Shown: positions 9,239 through 18,988, numbered from the stretch's first letter. The stretch: 60,706 bases of DNA from Candidatus Saccharimonadota bacterium (GCA_014191035.1 BJGX01000004.1:1-60706), one strand, 5' to 3'. Notes: generated by a model not told the origin, from the letters alone. Translations and numbers: made by a program.

Positions 9239-9785
9239 TTTCTTCTTCCTTTGGTTGCTTAGCTTTAGCGCTTGCTTGTTTAGTCATGTTTATTACTATG
9301 GACATATCTCTGCCCGTCATTGTGGGCTTTTGCTCGATTACTGCAATTTCGGAGAAGTCTTCGAAAAAATTCATCAATACTACTTCTCCAAGATCTGGGC
9401 GTGCCATTTCTCTTCCTTTGAAGCGTACTGTAATCTTTACTTTGTTTCCTGCTTCAAGGAATTTGCGAGCGGCTCGCTGCTTAACTGCGATGTCGTGCTG
9501 TCCTATTTTAAGGCCCATTCTGACTTGTTTGACTTCAATATTGCGCTGCTTTTTGCGGTTTTTTGCAGCCTGCTTGTCCTGTTCGTAGAGGTATTTACCC
9601 CAGTCGAGGAGTTTGCAGACCGGCGGTTCCGCGCCGGGAGAGATCTCTGCTAGATCGTATCCTTTTTCATTGGCTATTTTAAGCGCCTCAGATATAGGAA
9701 CGACTCCTATTTGCTTAGAATCAACATCAAGCAGCCTAACAGTAGACGCTGATATTTGATGATTAAGCCGAATTCGTTTTTTTAT
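9219..9785 (-). CDS. infC: Translation initiation factor IF-3 (ATA start)
   Basis: The frame extends upstream of the ORF-track call (KKRIRLNHQISASTVRLL..DLAEISP..PPVCKLLDWGKYLYE..VRFKGRE) to an ATA at 9785-9783, with AAGGAG 8 nt upstream. Confidence 0.93.
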   Translation of the reverse strand: MKKRIRLNHQISASTVRLLDVDSKQIGVVPISEALKIANEKGYDLAEISPGAEPPVCKLLDWGKYLYEQDKQAAKNRKKQRNIEVKQVRMGLKIGQHDIAVKQRAARKFLEAGNKVKITVRFKGREMARPDLGEVVLMNFFEDFSEIAVIEQKPTMTGRDMSIVINMTKQASAKAKQPKEEENAKDQD

Positions 9786-9858
9786 TGAGATATCTCCTTA
9801 AAAGCTCCGAATAATATTATCATGGAAGCACTTAATTGGCAAGTGTTTATAGGAGGGA

Positions 9859-10650
9859 CTATTTTTGTATATCAGCTTTTTTTGATATTAGTCTGATAGT
9901 TTTAGGGGATTTGCCAATTAAAATAGATTGATTATAGATTCTTCCTGTCGAATCTTTTGCTTTTGATAGGGAATTGATTCTGAAGTTTTTTGCGTGCAGG
10001 CTAAGAATTAAACCCTCTCTTTTTTCTGAGTTGGTATTAAATTTAGCAATAAATTTAGCAAGCACAGTTTTATTTTTGCTTTGCTGTTTTTGCGATTCTA
10101 TCTTGTAGGCCGTAATCTGAATAGGGGTTTTTGTTAAATAACTGTCATCATTGAGGTTTTCTATGGAAACCACACAGCTTGGTATTTTTATTTCTAGACC
10201 CTTATCTGTAGTAATAATTATTTTTTCTTTATGATTTTCATCAAAACTTAAATCTATCTTATCTAAAAAATACCGGCTAGATAAAGAATATATTGTTTTT
10301 TCGGTTATTTTGCGCTGAGATAGAGAATTAATGCTGTCCTGTATATTGCTAAGACCCAGATATTTAGACAGGCTTGATTTTTTAATGGGCAAATAACCAA
10401 CTGCGATATCAGAATCTAGCTTGCCCGTCTGGCCAATTAGCAAATTAAAGTCATTATCATCACCAATAAGTACAAGTGTATTTGTCGTCTGTTTTTTTAG
10501 AGAGCTTAAAATATCGCTCAATTCTTTTTCTCCGGAAAAGTTAATAAATTCACTATAAATTAGTTTTTTTTGTAGTTTTTCTCTGAGTTGAAGATTTAAC
10601 TTTTCATCAATAACTGTTTTGGAATTTGAGTTTATTAAGTATTTATACAT
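9859..10650 (-). CDS. Divergent diacylglycerol-kinase catalytic-domain-like protein
   Basis: LVLIGDDNDF..VGYLPI resembles a degenerate DAGK GGDGT..LGILP pattern. Confidence 0.5.
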   Translation of the reverse strand: MYKYLINSNSKTVIDEKLNLQLREKLQKKLIYSEFINFSGEKELSDILSSLKKQTTNTLVLIGDDNDFNLLIGQTGKLDSDIAVGYLPIKKSSLSKYLGLSNIQDSINSLSQRKITEKTIYSLSSRYFLDKIDLSFDENHKEKIIITTDKGLEIKIPSCVVSIENLNDDSYLTKTPIQITAYKIESQKQQSKNKTVLAKFIAKFNTNSEKREGLILSLHAKNFRINSLSKAKDSTGRIYNQSILIGKSPKTIRLISKKADIQK

Positions 10651-11008
10651 TTTCTGTGGTTGCCTTAATTTTTAATACCGCCCCTGGATCTATAGAGATG
10701 TTTTTAGAGTTGATACTTCCTTGTACTTTTCCGCAGCCTGCTATATGAATTGAGTCGGTTGCTAGCAAGTCAGCTTTTGCGAAGCCCTCTATGATAATTG
10801 AACGGGCAGTAATGGAGCCTGTTAGGCTTGAGTTTTTGCCAATCTCAACAGCACCAACTGTTTCTATGGATCCTTTAAATTCTCCATCTATAAAAACATC
10901 CTCTTCGGTTTTAATAGAGCCTTGGGCCTCTATTTCTGAGCCCAAAAAAATACCGGAATATCCAACCAGTTCAGATATATGTCCTTTTTTGCTAAGATTT
11001 ATCATCAC
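10643..11008 (-). CDS. Bactofilin (polymer-forming cytoskeletal protein)
   Basis: Repeating beta-helix pattern IEAQGSI..VFIDGEFKGSI..VQGSI..ISIDPGA. Confidence 0.9.
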   Translation of the reverse strand: MMINLSKKGHISELVGYSGIFLGSEIEAQGSIKTEEDVFIDGEFKGSIETVGAVEIGKNSSLTGSITARSIIIEGFAKADLLATDSIHIAGCGKVQGSINSKNISIDPGAVLKIKATTENV

Positions 11009-11469
11009 TTACTCTTTTGGTTTGAGGCTTCTTCTAAGGCTTTGGCCTCTTCTTTTGACAGGTTATGGCTTGATTTACCTTCTATAATGTCTTTTGCGTA
11101 GACTCTAGTTCCTGAACGAGCGTGCACAGCCGAAATGACAATACCATTATTCATATGATCAAGTATTGCTAGAGAAAAACTATGATCTCCTCCTGTATCA
11201 CCAAATGGGTTGAATCTAACTAAGCCCACCTTAGATATCGCAAATTGTTGAGTTTTGTGCAATTTGGCAGCAAAACCTGCCAGCTCATCGAGCTGAGAAA
11301 GCGCCTTATCAACATCCCCAGAGTAGCTTTTAATCATATCTTCTACTTTTTTAGCTTCGGCACCATCCAAAAACTGGCCATATTTTTTCTTGAGCGACAT
11401 TTGTTCCCATAGAATATAGCCAGCTAGGCCAGCGGTTATTAAAAATAGTATAAGTAGTAGTATTTCCAT
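11005..11469 (-). CDS. DUF4446 family protein
   Basis: N-terminal TM; KVGLVRFNPFGDTGGDHSFSLAILD..G..YAK..G.S..LS.EE. Confidence 0.85.
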   Translation of the reverse strand: MEILLLILFLITAGLAGYILWEQMSLKKKYGQFLDGAEAKKVEDMIKSYSGDVDKALSQLDELAGFAAKLHKTQQFAISKVGLVRFNPFGDTGGDHSFSLAILDHMNNGIVISAVHARSGTRVYAKDIIEGKSSHNLSKEEAKALEEASNQKSK

Positions 11470-11559
11470 CTTTTCTAATCTATAACTATACTCTCAACAA
11501 GGGGTGCTTGGCAACAGGTTAACTTAGGTCTAAAATGGTACATAAAAGGAGAACAAGCT

Positions 11560-11862
11560 ATGGCAAAGAAGAAAAAACATAAATTAAGCAAAAGTAAGCA
11601 TAATAAAGTTGTCAAAAATACAACTATGAATAAGCCATCAAATCTGAAGACAAACCATATTCAGCAAAAAGATTCAGCAATCGAAAAAACTGTACATGCT
11701 AGTGATAGCCTAAGCAGTAAAGAAAAAGGTGTTATTACTGATGTTAAATTTAGTCTTTCTCTGCTAGGAATAATAATTGGCGCTTTTGTGCTGTTATATA
11801 TATTATTGCAGAATAAGTCTATTTCAGATCAGGTTTATGGAATTATAAAAATCAATTTTTAG
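11560..11862 (+). CDS. Hypothetical membrane protein
   Basis: AAGGAG SD, Lys-rich N-terminus, one C-terminal TM. Confidence 0.7.
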   Translation: MAKKKKHKLSKSKHNKVVKNTTMNKPSNLKTNHIQQKDSAIEKTVHASDSLSSKEKGVITDVKFSLSLLGIIIGAFVLLYILLQNKSISDQVYGIIKINF

Positions 11863-13355
11863 GCCCTATACTGTAATGCTTCTGCTATATGCTTGGTTTC
11901 AATCGATTTTGAGCCATCTAGGTCGGCTATAGTCCTACTTAATTTAAGAACCCTCATATAAGCCCTCGCGGAAAGCTTTAAGTTATTGATTGCCTGCTCC
12001 ATTAGGCTTTTGCCAGATTCATTTAAGTCACAGTATTTTTCTATTTGTTTATTAGTCATTTCGTTGTTTGAAGAGATGGGGTCTTTTCTAAATCGATCTT
12101 GCTGAATCTTTCTTGCATTTATAACTCTTTTTTTGACATCTGCGCTGGATTCAGAGCTAACCCTGTTCATTAATTGTGATTTCTTAACCCTTTGCACTCT
12201 AACTACAATATCTATTCTATCTAGAAGAGGGCCAGAAACCTTAGAGCTATACTTGTTTAATTGGGAGGGTGAACAGCTACATACATTTTCCTGATCCCCA
12301 GCATATCCGCAGGGGCATGGATTCTGAGCCGCTACTAATAAAAAACGAGCTGGGTAGTCTTGAGTGGTAGAGGCGCGAGATATAGTAACCCTTCCTTCTT
12401 CTAGGGGCTGTCTTAATACCTCCAGAACATTGCGCGCAAACTCTGGAATCTCATCTAAAAATAACACGCCTCTATGAGCTAGGCTTATTTCTCCTGGCTT
12501 AGGCCATTGACCTCCACCAATTAAAGCCACACTACTCGCAGTATGATGAGGACTTCTGTAGGGCCTGTTGCAAATAATTTCGTCCGTTGATTGTCCGGCA
12601 AGGCTATGTATCTTTGTTATCTCAATTGATTCATCATAACTGGGCTCAGGAAGAAGACCAATCAAAGATTTGGCAAGCATAGATTTACCTGAGCCCGGAG
12701 GACCACTTAGCAATATATTGTGATTTCCGCTCGCAGCTAATTCTATGGCCCTCTTTGCTTGCTCTTGACCGTAAATTTCGGACAAGTCAATATCGGCGAG
12801 TCTATCTTGAGGCTTGATCTTGGTTTGGTTCAGGGGAATTATTTTAGATTCTCCAATTAAATGACGATATAGCTGAGATAGTGACTCAACTGGATAGATT
12901 GTAATGCCTTCAATTAGAGCTGCTTGCTTTGCAACTCCGGCTGATATGTAGAGTTCGGTGATATTATTTTCAACGCAGGCTTGCGCGAGAGATAGGGCGC
13001 CAGCTATCGGCCTGGCCGTACCATCTAGGCCAAGTTCTCCCAAGAAAGCAGAGTTTTTATCTATTGTATTTATCTGTTTACTTGCAAGTAATAGGCTTAC
13101 GGCCATAGCTAAATCAAAACCCGAGCCATTTTTTGGAAGATCAGCTGGGGCTAAATTTAAAGTTATTTTTCTTGGTGGAAGATTAAGCCCAGAGTTTTTT
13201 ATAGCAGATCGAACTCGTTCTTTTGCTTCATCTACAGCTTTGTTAGCTAGCCCAACTACCATAAAGCCAGGCAGGCCATTACTGATGTCGGCCTCCACAA
13301 CTATTAATTGACAGTCTAATCCAATATTTGAGATTGTGTTAATTTTTGCAAGCAT
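11859..13355 (-). CDS. comM: YifB/ComM Mg-chelatase-like ATPase
   Basis: GPPGSGKSML, RSPHHTAS, PGEISLAHRGVLFLDE, NPCPCG. ATG at 13355 has an AAGGGGG SD. Confidence 0.95.
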   Translation of the reverse strand: MLAKINTISNIGLDCQLIVVEADISNGLPGFMVVGLANKAVDEAKERVRSAIKNSGLNLPPRKITLNLAPADLPKNGSGFDLAMAVSLLLASKQINTIDKNSAFLGELGLDGTARPIAGALSLAQACVENNITELYISAGVAKQAALIEGITIYPVESLSQLYRHLIGESKIIPLNQTKIKPQDRLADIDLSEIYGQEQAKRAIELAASGNHNILLSGPPGSGKSMLAKSLIGLLPEPSYDESIEITKIHSLAGQSTDEIICNRPYRSPHHTASSVALIGGGQWPKPGEISLAHRGVLFLDEIPEFARNVLEVLRQPLEEGRVTISRASTTQDYPARFLLVAAQNPCPCGYAGDQENVCSCSPSQLNKYSSKVSGPLLDRIDIVVRVQRVKKSQLMNRVSSESSADVKKRVINARKIQQDRFRKDPISSNNEMTNKQIEKYCDLNESGKSLMEQAINNLKLSARAYMRVLKLSRTIADLDGSKSIETKHIAEALQYRA

Positions 13356-13424
13356 TTGAACCCCCTTGTTTTGAACCATATTATACAAACAAAAAACGAA
13401 AATCAAGCATTTCCGATATAAAAT

Positions 13425-13668
13425 TAATGGCCCTCATAAAATGAGGGCCTAAGGCCAAATTGATATTGGCCGTGAGGAGGTTGCTTTTTCTGAAGACTTT
13501 GTGAATTTACTTCAGGGTTGCGATTCGAGATTGCATACTTCTTAATCTAGCGCGCTTAAGGGTTGGTGCCCATCCCTCGAACTTTTACTAGCTGCGGGCT
13601 CACAGCCAGCCGGTTGGTGCCCATCCGGAATTTACACTAGCGGGCTCACTAGCAACCTAATTTAGGCT
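13425..13668 (-). ncRNA. Candidate structured RNA with a tandem two-hairpin motif
   Basis: Extended -10 TGcTATACT at ~13683-13675 on the minus strand; two copies of a loop-conserved hairpin pair; 3' hairpin GGCCCTCAT/ATGAGGGCC. See findings. Confidence 0.65.
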
Positions 13669-13684
13669 AGTTAAGTATAGCATT

Positions 13685-14773
13685 TTACTTGCTCTTATAC
13701 CATTTGGTTGCCGATTCAGGTGGTACTGTGTTTATTACCATCCCAGTTGCAACTTCGAATCCACCCCAGATGTTGCTTCTACCATATAACTTAATAATGC
13801 ATCTAAAATTTGGACTAGTTCCATTTTCTATATAAAAATTATAGCTAATCTGGGCGCCGGTTAGCTTTTCGGTGAGCATTTTAAGTTGTTTAGTACAGGA
13901 CTTTAGCTCAGTTTCGTTTATTTCTGTAAAATTTACAACATGTCTTTTAGGTATTATCCAAGCCTCGAAAGGGTAGATGGATGCATAAGGGCAAATAGCT
14001 ATAAAATGACTGTCCTCAAAAATTACACGTTGCTTCTGGCTCTTTTCGTAGGCAATAATGTCCTCAATAGGCTCTTTCTTTTTATCGATATAGTATTCTT
14101 CAATTTGCTTTGACTGCTCCAAGAACTTTTTGGGTATAATTGGCAGCGCATAGATTTGACTATGAGCGTGGGCTAAGCTTGCGCCTGCTTCGAACCCATC
14201 GTTTCTAAATACTAAAACGTATGCAATTCCTTTTTTGGCACTAAGATCTTTGATTCTTTGTTGGTAGGTCTTGAGTACGCGCTCAATTTGAGCTAATGAA
14301 AGTTGTGAGAAAGAAGTGTTGGCAAGGGGGGTATCGATAACGATTTCTTGGCTACCATGGGCCCTATAATTACCCATTGTGAGCGCAGGAAATCGATTCT
14401 GGACAACTTTTACTAGCCAGTCACCATCTTGCTTAAGGGTATAAACTTCTTTTTCCTTGTCTAGTCTGGGGCTGTCAGCGGTCTCTATAAGAGGGTGGCG
14501 ATTTTTATGAGTATCATAAGGGCGCTTGCCTCTGCCTGGAGATATTATTACGTATTGATCAAAAATATAATCTCTTCTTATCTCGGTTTCTATTCCTTCG
14601 ACATCTAAAATTATTGGTTTGCATTGCCAGGCATCACTTGGGTTTATCGTTTCTGTATCAATTTCGCAAGTAACATAGTCAATAAAAGAGTCGTCAAAAT
14701 TAGCTTTACCTGTACTTGATCCGGAATGGATGGATTTGTGGAGGTCTTTGGCCTTTTTGGGCTTATTTTTCAT
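13685..14773 (-). CDS. galT: Galactose-1-phosphate uridylyltransferase-like (GalT/HIT superfamily)
   Basis: RGKRP, VVQNRFPAL, GASLAHAHSQI (HxHxQ), PFEAWIIPKRH. Confidence 0.85.
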   Translation of the reverse strand: MKNKPKKAKDLHKSIHSGSSTGKANFDDSFIDYVTCEIDTETINPSDAWQCKPIILDVEGIETEIRRDYIFDQYVIISPGRGKRPYDTHKNRHPLIETADSPRLDKEKEVYTLKQDGDWLVKVVQNRFPALTMGNYRAHGSQEIVIDTPLANTSFSQLSLAQIERVLKTYQQRIKDLSAKKGIAYVLVFRNDGFEAGASLAHAHSQIYALPIIPKKFLEQSKQIEEYYIDKKKEPIEDIIAYEKSQKQRVIFEDSHFIAICPYASIYPFEAWIIPKRHVVNFTEINETELKSCTKQLKMLTEKLTGAQISYNFYIENGTSPNFRCIIKLYGRSNIWGGFEVATGMVINTVPPESATKWYKSK

Positions 14774-14813
14774 ACTTCTTATGGTATCAAGATTGAAGTA
14801 TTTTTACCAACCG

Positions 14814-16052
14814 CTAGCTGATTTTTTTGTATATGCCTAAGAGTTTTTTAGATTGCTTTTCAATAGTTATTTCCATTGCCATTTTTTTGGCATTTTTACC
14901 ATATTTTTTTGAGAGTTCAGAGTTTTTAATTAGCTCTAGGCAGGCATCGCTGAAACTTTTGGTTGTATTGACTGCCTTAATGCCAGTTTTTTTATCTTCT
15001 GCAAGAGGTGATATTTCGTCATCAAGAAATACAATTGGTTTAGACTCGATAGCAGCCTCATTAAGCACCAGCCCCTGCGTATCGGTAGTTGAGGCAAAAC
15101 AGAAGATATCAGCCGACTTGAAGCAAGCAAAAGTGTCAGACCTGTCTAGCATTCCTGTGAAATGAACATTTTTTTTGATCTTTAAATCCTCAACAAGATT
15201 ATGAAGTTCTTCGGAATAAGGGCCGTCACCAACTATCAATAACTGTGTCATTGGTGATTGTTTGATGATTTTTGGCATGCTTTTAATTATTAGTTGGATA
15301 TTCTTTTCTTTACCTAGTCGCCCCACAAAAAGCAAAAGCGGGGAGTTGTTAATATTGTATCGATCTCTTGGGTTATAATCTGTTTTTGCCTTGGCCTCTT
15401 CTAGGTCTATACCAGTTGGTAGAACCTTAATGTTGTTAAATTTACCATATTCTTTTAAAGAGCGTTCCATTTTTATAGAAGGAACTATAACTGCGTCACA
15501 GTTTTGATAGAAAAGCCCCACACTTTCGATTATTAATTTGCGGTTCCATTTAGTAAACGACTTTTTGGGCTTTAGATTGGGAAGTATGTCTTTGTAGTGT
15601 TCCTTAGACTTAATTAGTGCAGGACCAATTAAGATTCCCACAAGTATACCTAGCATTATTTTTTTATATATTTTAGCGTATTGGTCTATGTCTGTGTGGT
15701 GTGTAACAACAGTTGGAATGCTATCTTCCTTTGCAATTCTAAGACCCAGCATACCCACTTGTGCCGGGGTGTGAATGTGAATAATGTCTAAATTTTCGTT
15801 CTTTACTTTCTTTATGGTTGAAGCGGTAAATGGCATAGTGTCTCGATGGTCCTCATACCATATGCTAGGGACAGACTTGAACCTTACTACATAGGGCGGG
15901 TCTTTTTTGGGCCGATTCTTTTTGGAGGGTTCGGGTGCATAAACTATTACTTTATGACCAAGCTTTATGAGCTCTTGTGCGAATATATCAACTGATACCG
16001 CAACACCATCCACTTGAGGATAATAGCGATCAGTGAAAAACCCTATTTTCAT
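14814..16052 (-). CDS. GT4 glycosyltransferase, monoglucosyl-diacylglycerol synthase-like
   Basis: MKIGFFTDRYYPQVDGVAVS, IHIHTP, FVGRLGKEKN, STTDTQGLVLNEA. Confidence 0.85.
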   Translation of the reverse strand: MKIGFFTDRYYPQVDGVAVSVDIFAQELIKLGHKVIVYAPEPSKKNRPKKDPPYVVRFKSVPSIWYEDHRDTMPFTASTIKKVKNENLDIIHIHTPAQVGMLGLRIAKEDSIPTVVTHHTDIDQYAKIYKKIMLGILVGILIGPALIKSKEHYKDILPNLKPKKSFTKWNRKLIIESVGLFYQNCDAVIVPSIKMERSLKEYGKFNNIKVLPTGIDLEEAKAKTDYNPRDRYNINNSPLLLFVGRLGKEKNIQLIIKSMPKIIKQSPMTQLLIVGDGPYSEELHNLVEDLKIKKNVHFTGMLDRSDTFACFKSADIFCFASTTDTQGLVLNEAAIESKPIVFLDDEISPLAEDKKTGIKAVNTTKSFSDACLELIKNSELSKKYGKNAKKMAMEITIEKQSKKLLGIYKKIS

Positions 16053-17074
16053 TTATTTTTCTCCAGGGCTTTATCATATATTGAGTTTATTTGTTTCATT
16101 ACTGTTTTGGTATCATATCTCAAGGCTATTTGAGATGATTTTTTCTTAGCTTCAGCATAATATTTTTTGTCTTGCGATAGTTTTTTAATTTTTTCTATAA
16201 AACCCTTATCGTCATGGGCCGATAAATACCAGTCTTTGAATGTAATTTTGTATTGGTCATTGTCGCGCAATAGAACAGGTAGGCCAGCAGCTGCACCTTC
16301 GATCATTACTATTCCGAAAGTTTCTTGTTCGGATGGCAAAAAGAAAACATCTGAGGCCTGGTAGTAGGCTATAACTTCTTCATGCTTAATGACCCCTGTG
16401 AAGATAACGTTATCTGGAGCGGTCTGCATAACCTTTTGCATCTCGTTATAGTTTGCAGCAGCCCTCTTAAAAGGAATGCCTCCAACCCAAATGAACTGAA
16501 TTTCTGGAAGGGCTTTTGCACAAGCTAGAAAACTATCAACTCTTTTTCTTGGCTGCACCTGTCCGCTACAAACAACTACGAATTTATCTTTTTGAATATT
16601 AAGTTTTTTTCTTGCAGATGCCTTTTTTTGAGGGGAGTTTGAAAAGGTCTGGGTGTCGAGCATATTCGGAACAACATACACGGGTGGCTTTATCTTCATT
16701 TCCGAAAGTTGGTCGGCTACCTCTTGGCTTACGGCAAATACACCGTCAGCTCTATTGTAGAACCATTTGAGATAGAGTTTTGCAAAGGGATACCAAAGTT
16801 TTGCACCTACCAAACTACCAACAAAAGAATCTGGTACGACGTGGGCAGAAACGAAAACTAAGCATTTTTTTGAGAGCAAAAATCTAATTCCGTATGCACC
16901 AACTGTGTGAATATGTACTATTTCAGTCTTTAAATTTTTCTCGTTAGTGTGAACTTCTAAATTTGGAGAGTATTTTTTTAGTCCATTAAGATGCTCGGTG
17001 TAGGCAGTATGAACTCCATGGCCTTGAACCGTAAACGCACTATCGGATATGACATTTATTTTATACTTTTTCAT
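16049..17074 (-). CDS. GT4 glycosyltransferase, CpoA/diglycosyl-DAG synthase-like
   Basis: VQGHGVHTAY, SAHVVPDSFVGSL, GQVQPRKRV, FIWVGG, PSEQETFGIV. Confidence 0.85.
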   Translation of the reverse strand: MKKYKINVISDSAFTVQGHGVHTAYTEHLNGLKKYSPNLEVHTNEKNLKTEIVHIHTVGAYGIRFLLSKKCLVFVSAHVVPDSFVGSLVGAKLWYPFAKLYLKWFYNRADGVFAVSQEVADQLSEMKIKPPVYVVPNMLDTQTFSNSPQKKASARKKLNIQKDKFVVVCSGQVQPRKRVDSFLACAKALPEIQFIWVGGIPFKRAAANYNEMQKVMQTAPDNVIFTGVIKHEEVIAYYQASDVFFLPSEQETFGIVMIEGAAAGLPVLLRDNDQYKITFKDWYLSAHDDKGFIEKIKKLSQDKKYYAEAKKKSSQIALRYDTKTVMKQINSIYDKALEKNK

Positions 17075-17166
17075 ATTAGTCTTAACAATATTTTACTACA
17101 AAGGGTTCATTTTTGCCCAAATAGCTGAAATTTAATGCTTAAAATGTTAGAATTGTATAGATAATT

Positions 17167-18411
17167 ATGTATTTAGATTTATTTAGAAACACAAATTTTG
17201 TAAAAATCTGGATTGCCCAGTTGGCTTCTCAATTGGCTGCTCATCTTCTGAATTTTGCTTTGATAATTAGAATTTTTGAATTAACCGAGAAAACAAGCTA
17301 TGCAAATATCGCAGTTAGCTTGCTTATTTTGGCTTTTGGGGTACCTTCGATTATTTTTGCAGTATTGGCTGGAGCATATGTAGATCACTTGGATCGTAAA
17401 AAAGTGCTGGTGGTCACAAATATTGTTCGGGCAGTGCTAGTTCTGCTCTTTTTAGTTTTTGAGACAAATCTGGTTTTTGTGTATGTGATGGTTTTTGTTA
17501 TATCTGTCTTATCGCAATTCTTTACGCCGGCCGAATCAGCTGCATTGCCTCGCCTTGTAACTAAAAAGCAGTTTGTAGCAGCTAATTCTTTGTTTTTGTT
17601 CACTCTATATAGCTCTTTTATACTGGGCTATAGTTTGGCTGGCCCAATTATATCGGTAGGAGGGGCAAATTCAGTCTACTGGGTTACTTCGGCGGCATTT
17701 CTTTTGGCCGCACTATTAAGCGCAGGCCTTCCTAAATTGGCGCCTAAGGAACAGGGCCTCAATTTTAAGGCTATTAACCATCAAGTATTTGTAACTATAA
17801 GACAGACTACATATAAAATATGGAAAACTCCAATGTTATCTTTTCCTATCGCGAACTTAACTATTGGCCAAATGATTATTGGAATTATCGCCGTAGTCGC
17901 GCCAGGACTGGCGATTGTCTTATTTAATCAAAGCCTCGCTCAGGTGAGCGTCAAGTTGATTATACCGGCTGCATTAGGAATGGTTGTTGGCGCCGTAGCT
18001 GTAGGTCAATTCTTTAAGAACTTCCATAAGGCAAAAGTCATAAATGTAGGAATAGTAATCGCTGTAATATCATTAGTTTCAATTGGATTTGTCGACAGAT
18101 TAAAGAACTTTCCGTTTTATGATTGGATTGTTATTTCCATCGCTTTTGTTTTGGGTCTTGCCAACGCCCTGGTTAGTGTTTCTGCGCAAACGCTTCTTCA
18201 AGAGCATTCTACGGATGAGGAGAGGGGTAAAATTTTTGGAACTCTAAATATGATGATGAACTTAGCAGCATCCTTACCAGTCTTGCTTGCCGGCGTTACA
18301 GCAGATCTAATAAGTCCAGCGTCAGTAATGGTTATAGCAGGGGGCTTGGTGGCTTTATTTGGCCTATACCAGTTCCGAACAGTGAAGAAACATCTAAGAT
18401 ACGATATATAA
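17167..18411 (+). CDS. MFS transporter
   Basis: About 12 TMs; AGAYVDHLDRKKVL motif A; FFTPAESAALP. Confidence 0.92.
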   Translation: MYLDLFRNTNFVKIWIAQLASQLAAHLLNFALIIRIFELTEKTSYANIAVSLLILAFGVPSIIFAVLAGAYVDHLDRKKVLVVTNIVRAVLVLLFLVFETNLVFVYVMVFVISVLSQFFTPAESAALPRLVTKKQFVAANSLFLFTLYSSFILGYSLAGPIISVGGANSVYWVTSAAFLLAALLSAGLPKLAPKEQGLNFKAINHQVFVTIRQTTYKIWKTPMLSFPIANLTIGQMIIGIIAVVAPGLAIVLFNQSLAQVSVKLIIPAALGMVVGAVAVGQFFKNFHKAKVINVGIVIAVISLVSIGFVDRLKNFPFYDWIVISIAFVLGLANALVSVSAQTLLQEHSTDEERGKIFGTLNMMMNLAASLPVLLAGVTADLISPASVMVIAGGLVALFGLYQFRTVKKHLRYDI

Positions 18412-18454
18412 ACACTAGCTTTTTAAGCTAATTTGTGGTATAATGTCTTGTTAT

Positions 18455-18847
18455 GGGGCTGTTTAGCTTCGACGTTGAATCTTGAAATATGATTGCGAGT
18501 CGGTTTGGAAATACACGTTAGCTGTTTCCATCTTTAACAAATGCAAAATCATTTGTAGAGCGTTTGGTTAATGCCGTAAAGGCACCAGCCTACGCACCAG
18601 CTTTTGCTTAATTTGCACTGGCCATCGAGCCTTCAATATCTGATAGAAGGAATTCGGTGTAATTTATCAGATTGCAGTAGAACTTCTTGCTAGGTTCTAA
18701 TCAAGTCTTTTATAGCGAGCAAGTTTAGGGCTTATTGCGCTAGTCTATAGAGCACTAAATTTGTAAAACTTATAAGATTAGCTACGCTCGTAGAAGTCAT
18801 ATTGGAAAGTTTAGCGGACGTGGGTGCAATTCCCGCCAGCTCCACCA
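18455..18847 (+). ncRNA. ssrA: tmRNA
   Basis: 5' GGGGCTGTTTAGCTTCGAC and 3' GGTGCAATTCCCGCCAGCTCCACCA; tag ORF 18543-18611 AKSFVERLVNAVKAPAYAPAFA*; TGgTATAAT promoter upstream. Confidence 0.96.
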
Positions 18848-18988
18848 AAAGAAGATCATAAGATAAAATGGTCTTTTTTTGTGTTCATTATTATTGTATT
18901 TATAACAACATAATATATAACTTATGCTTTAATAATCCAGCATAACCTGTTAGAATTTGGGCCTGTACCTTGCAGCTTAAGGAGATGC

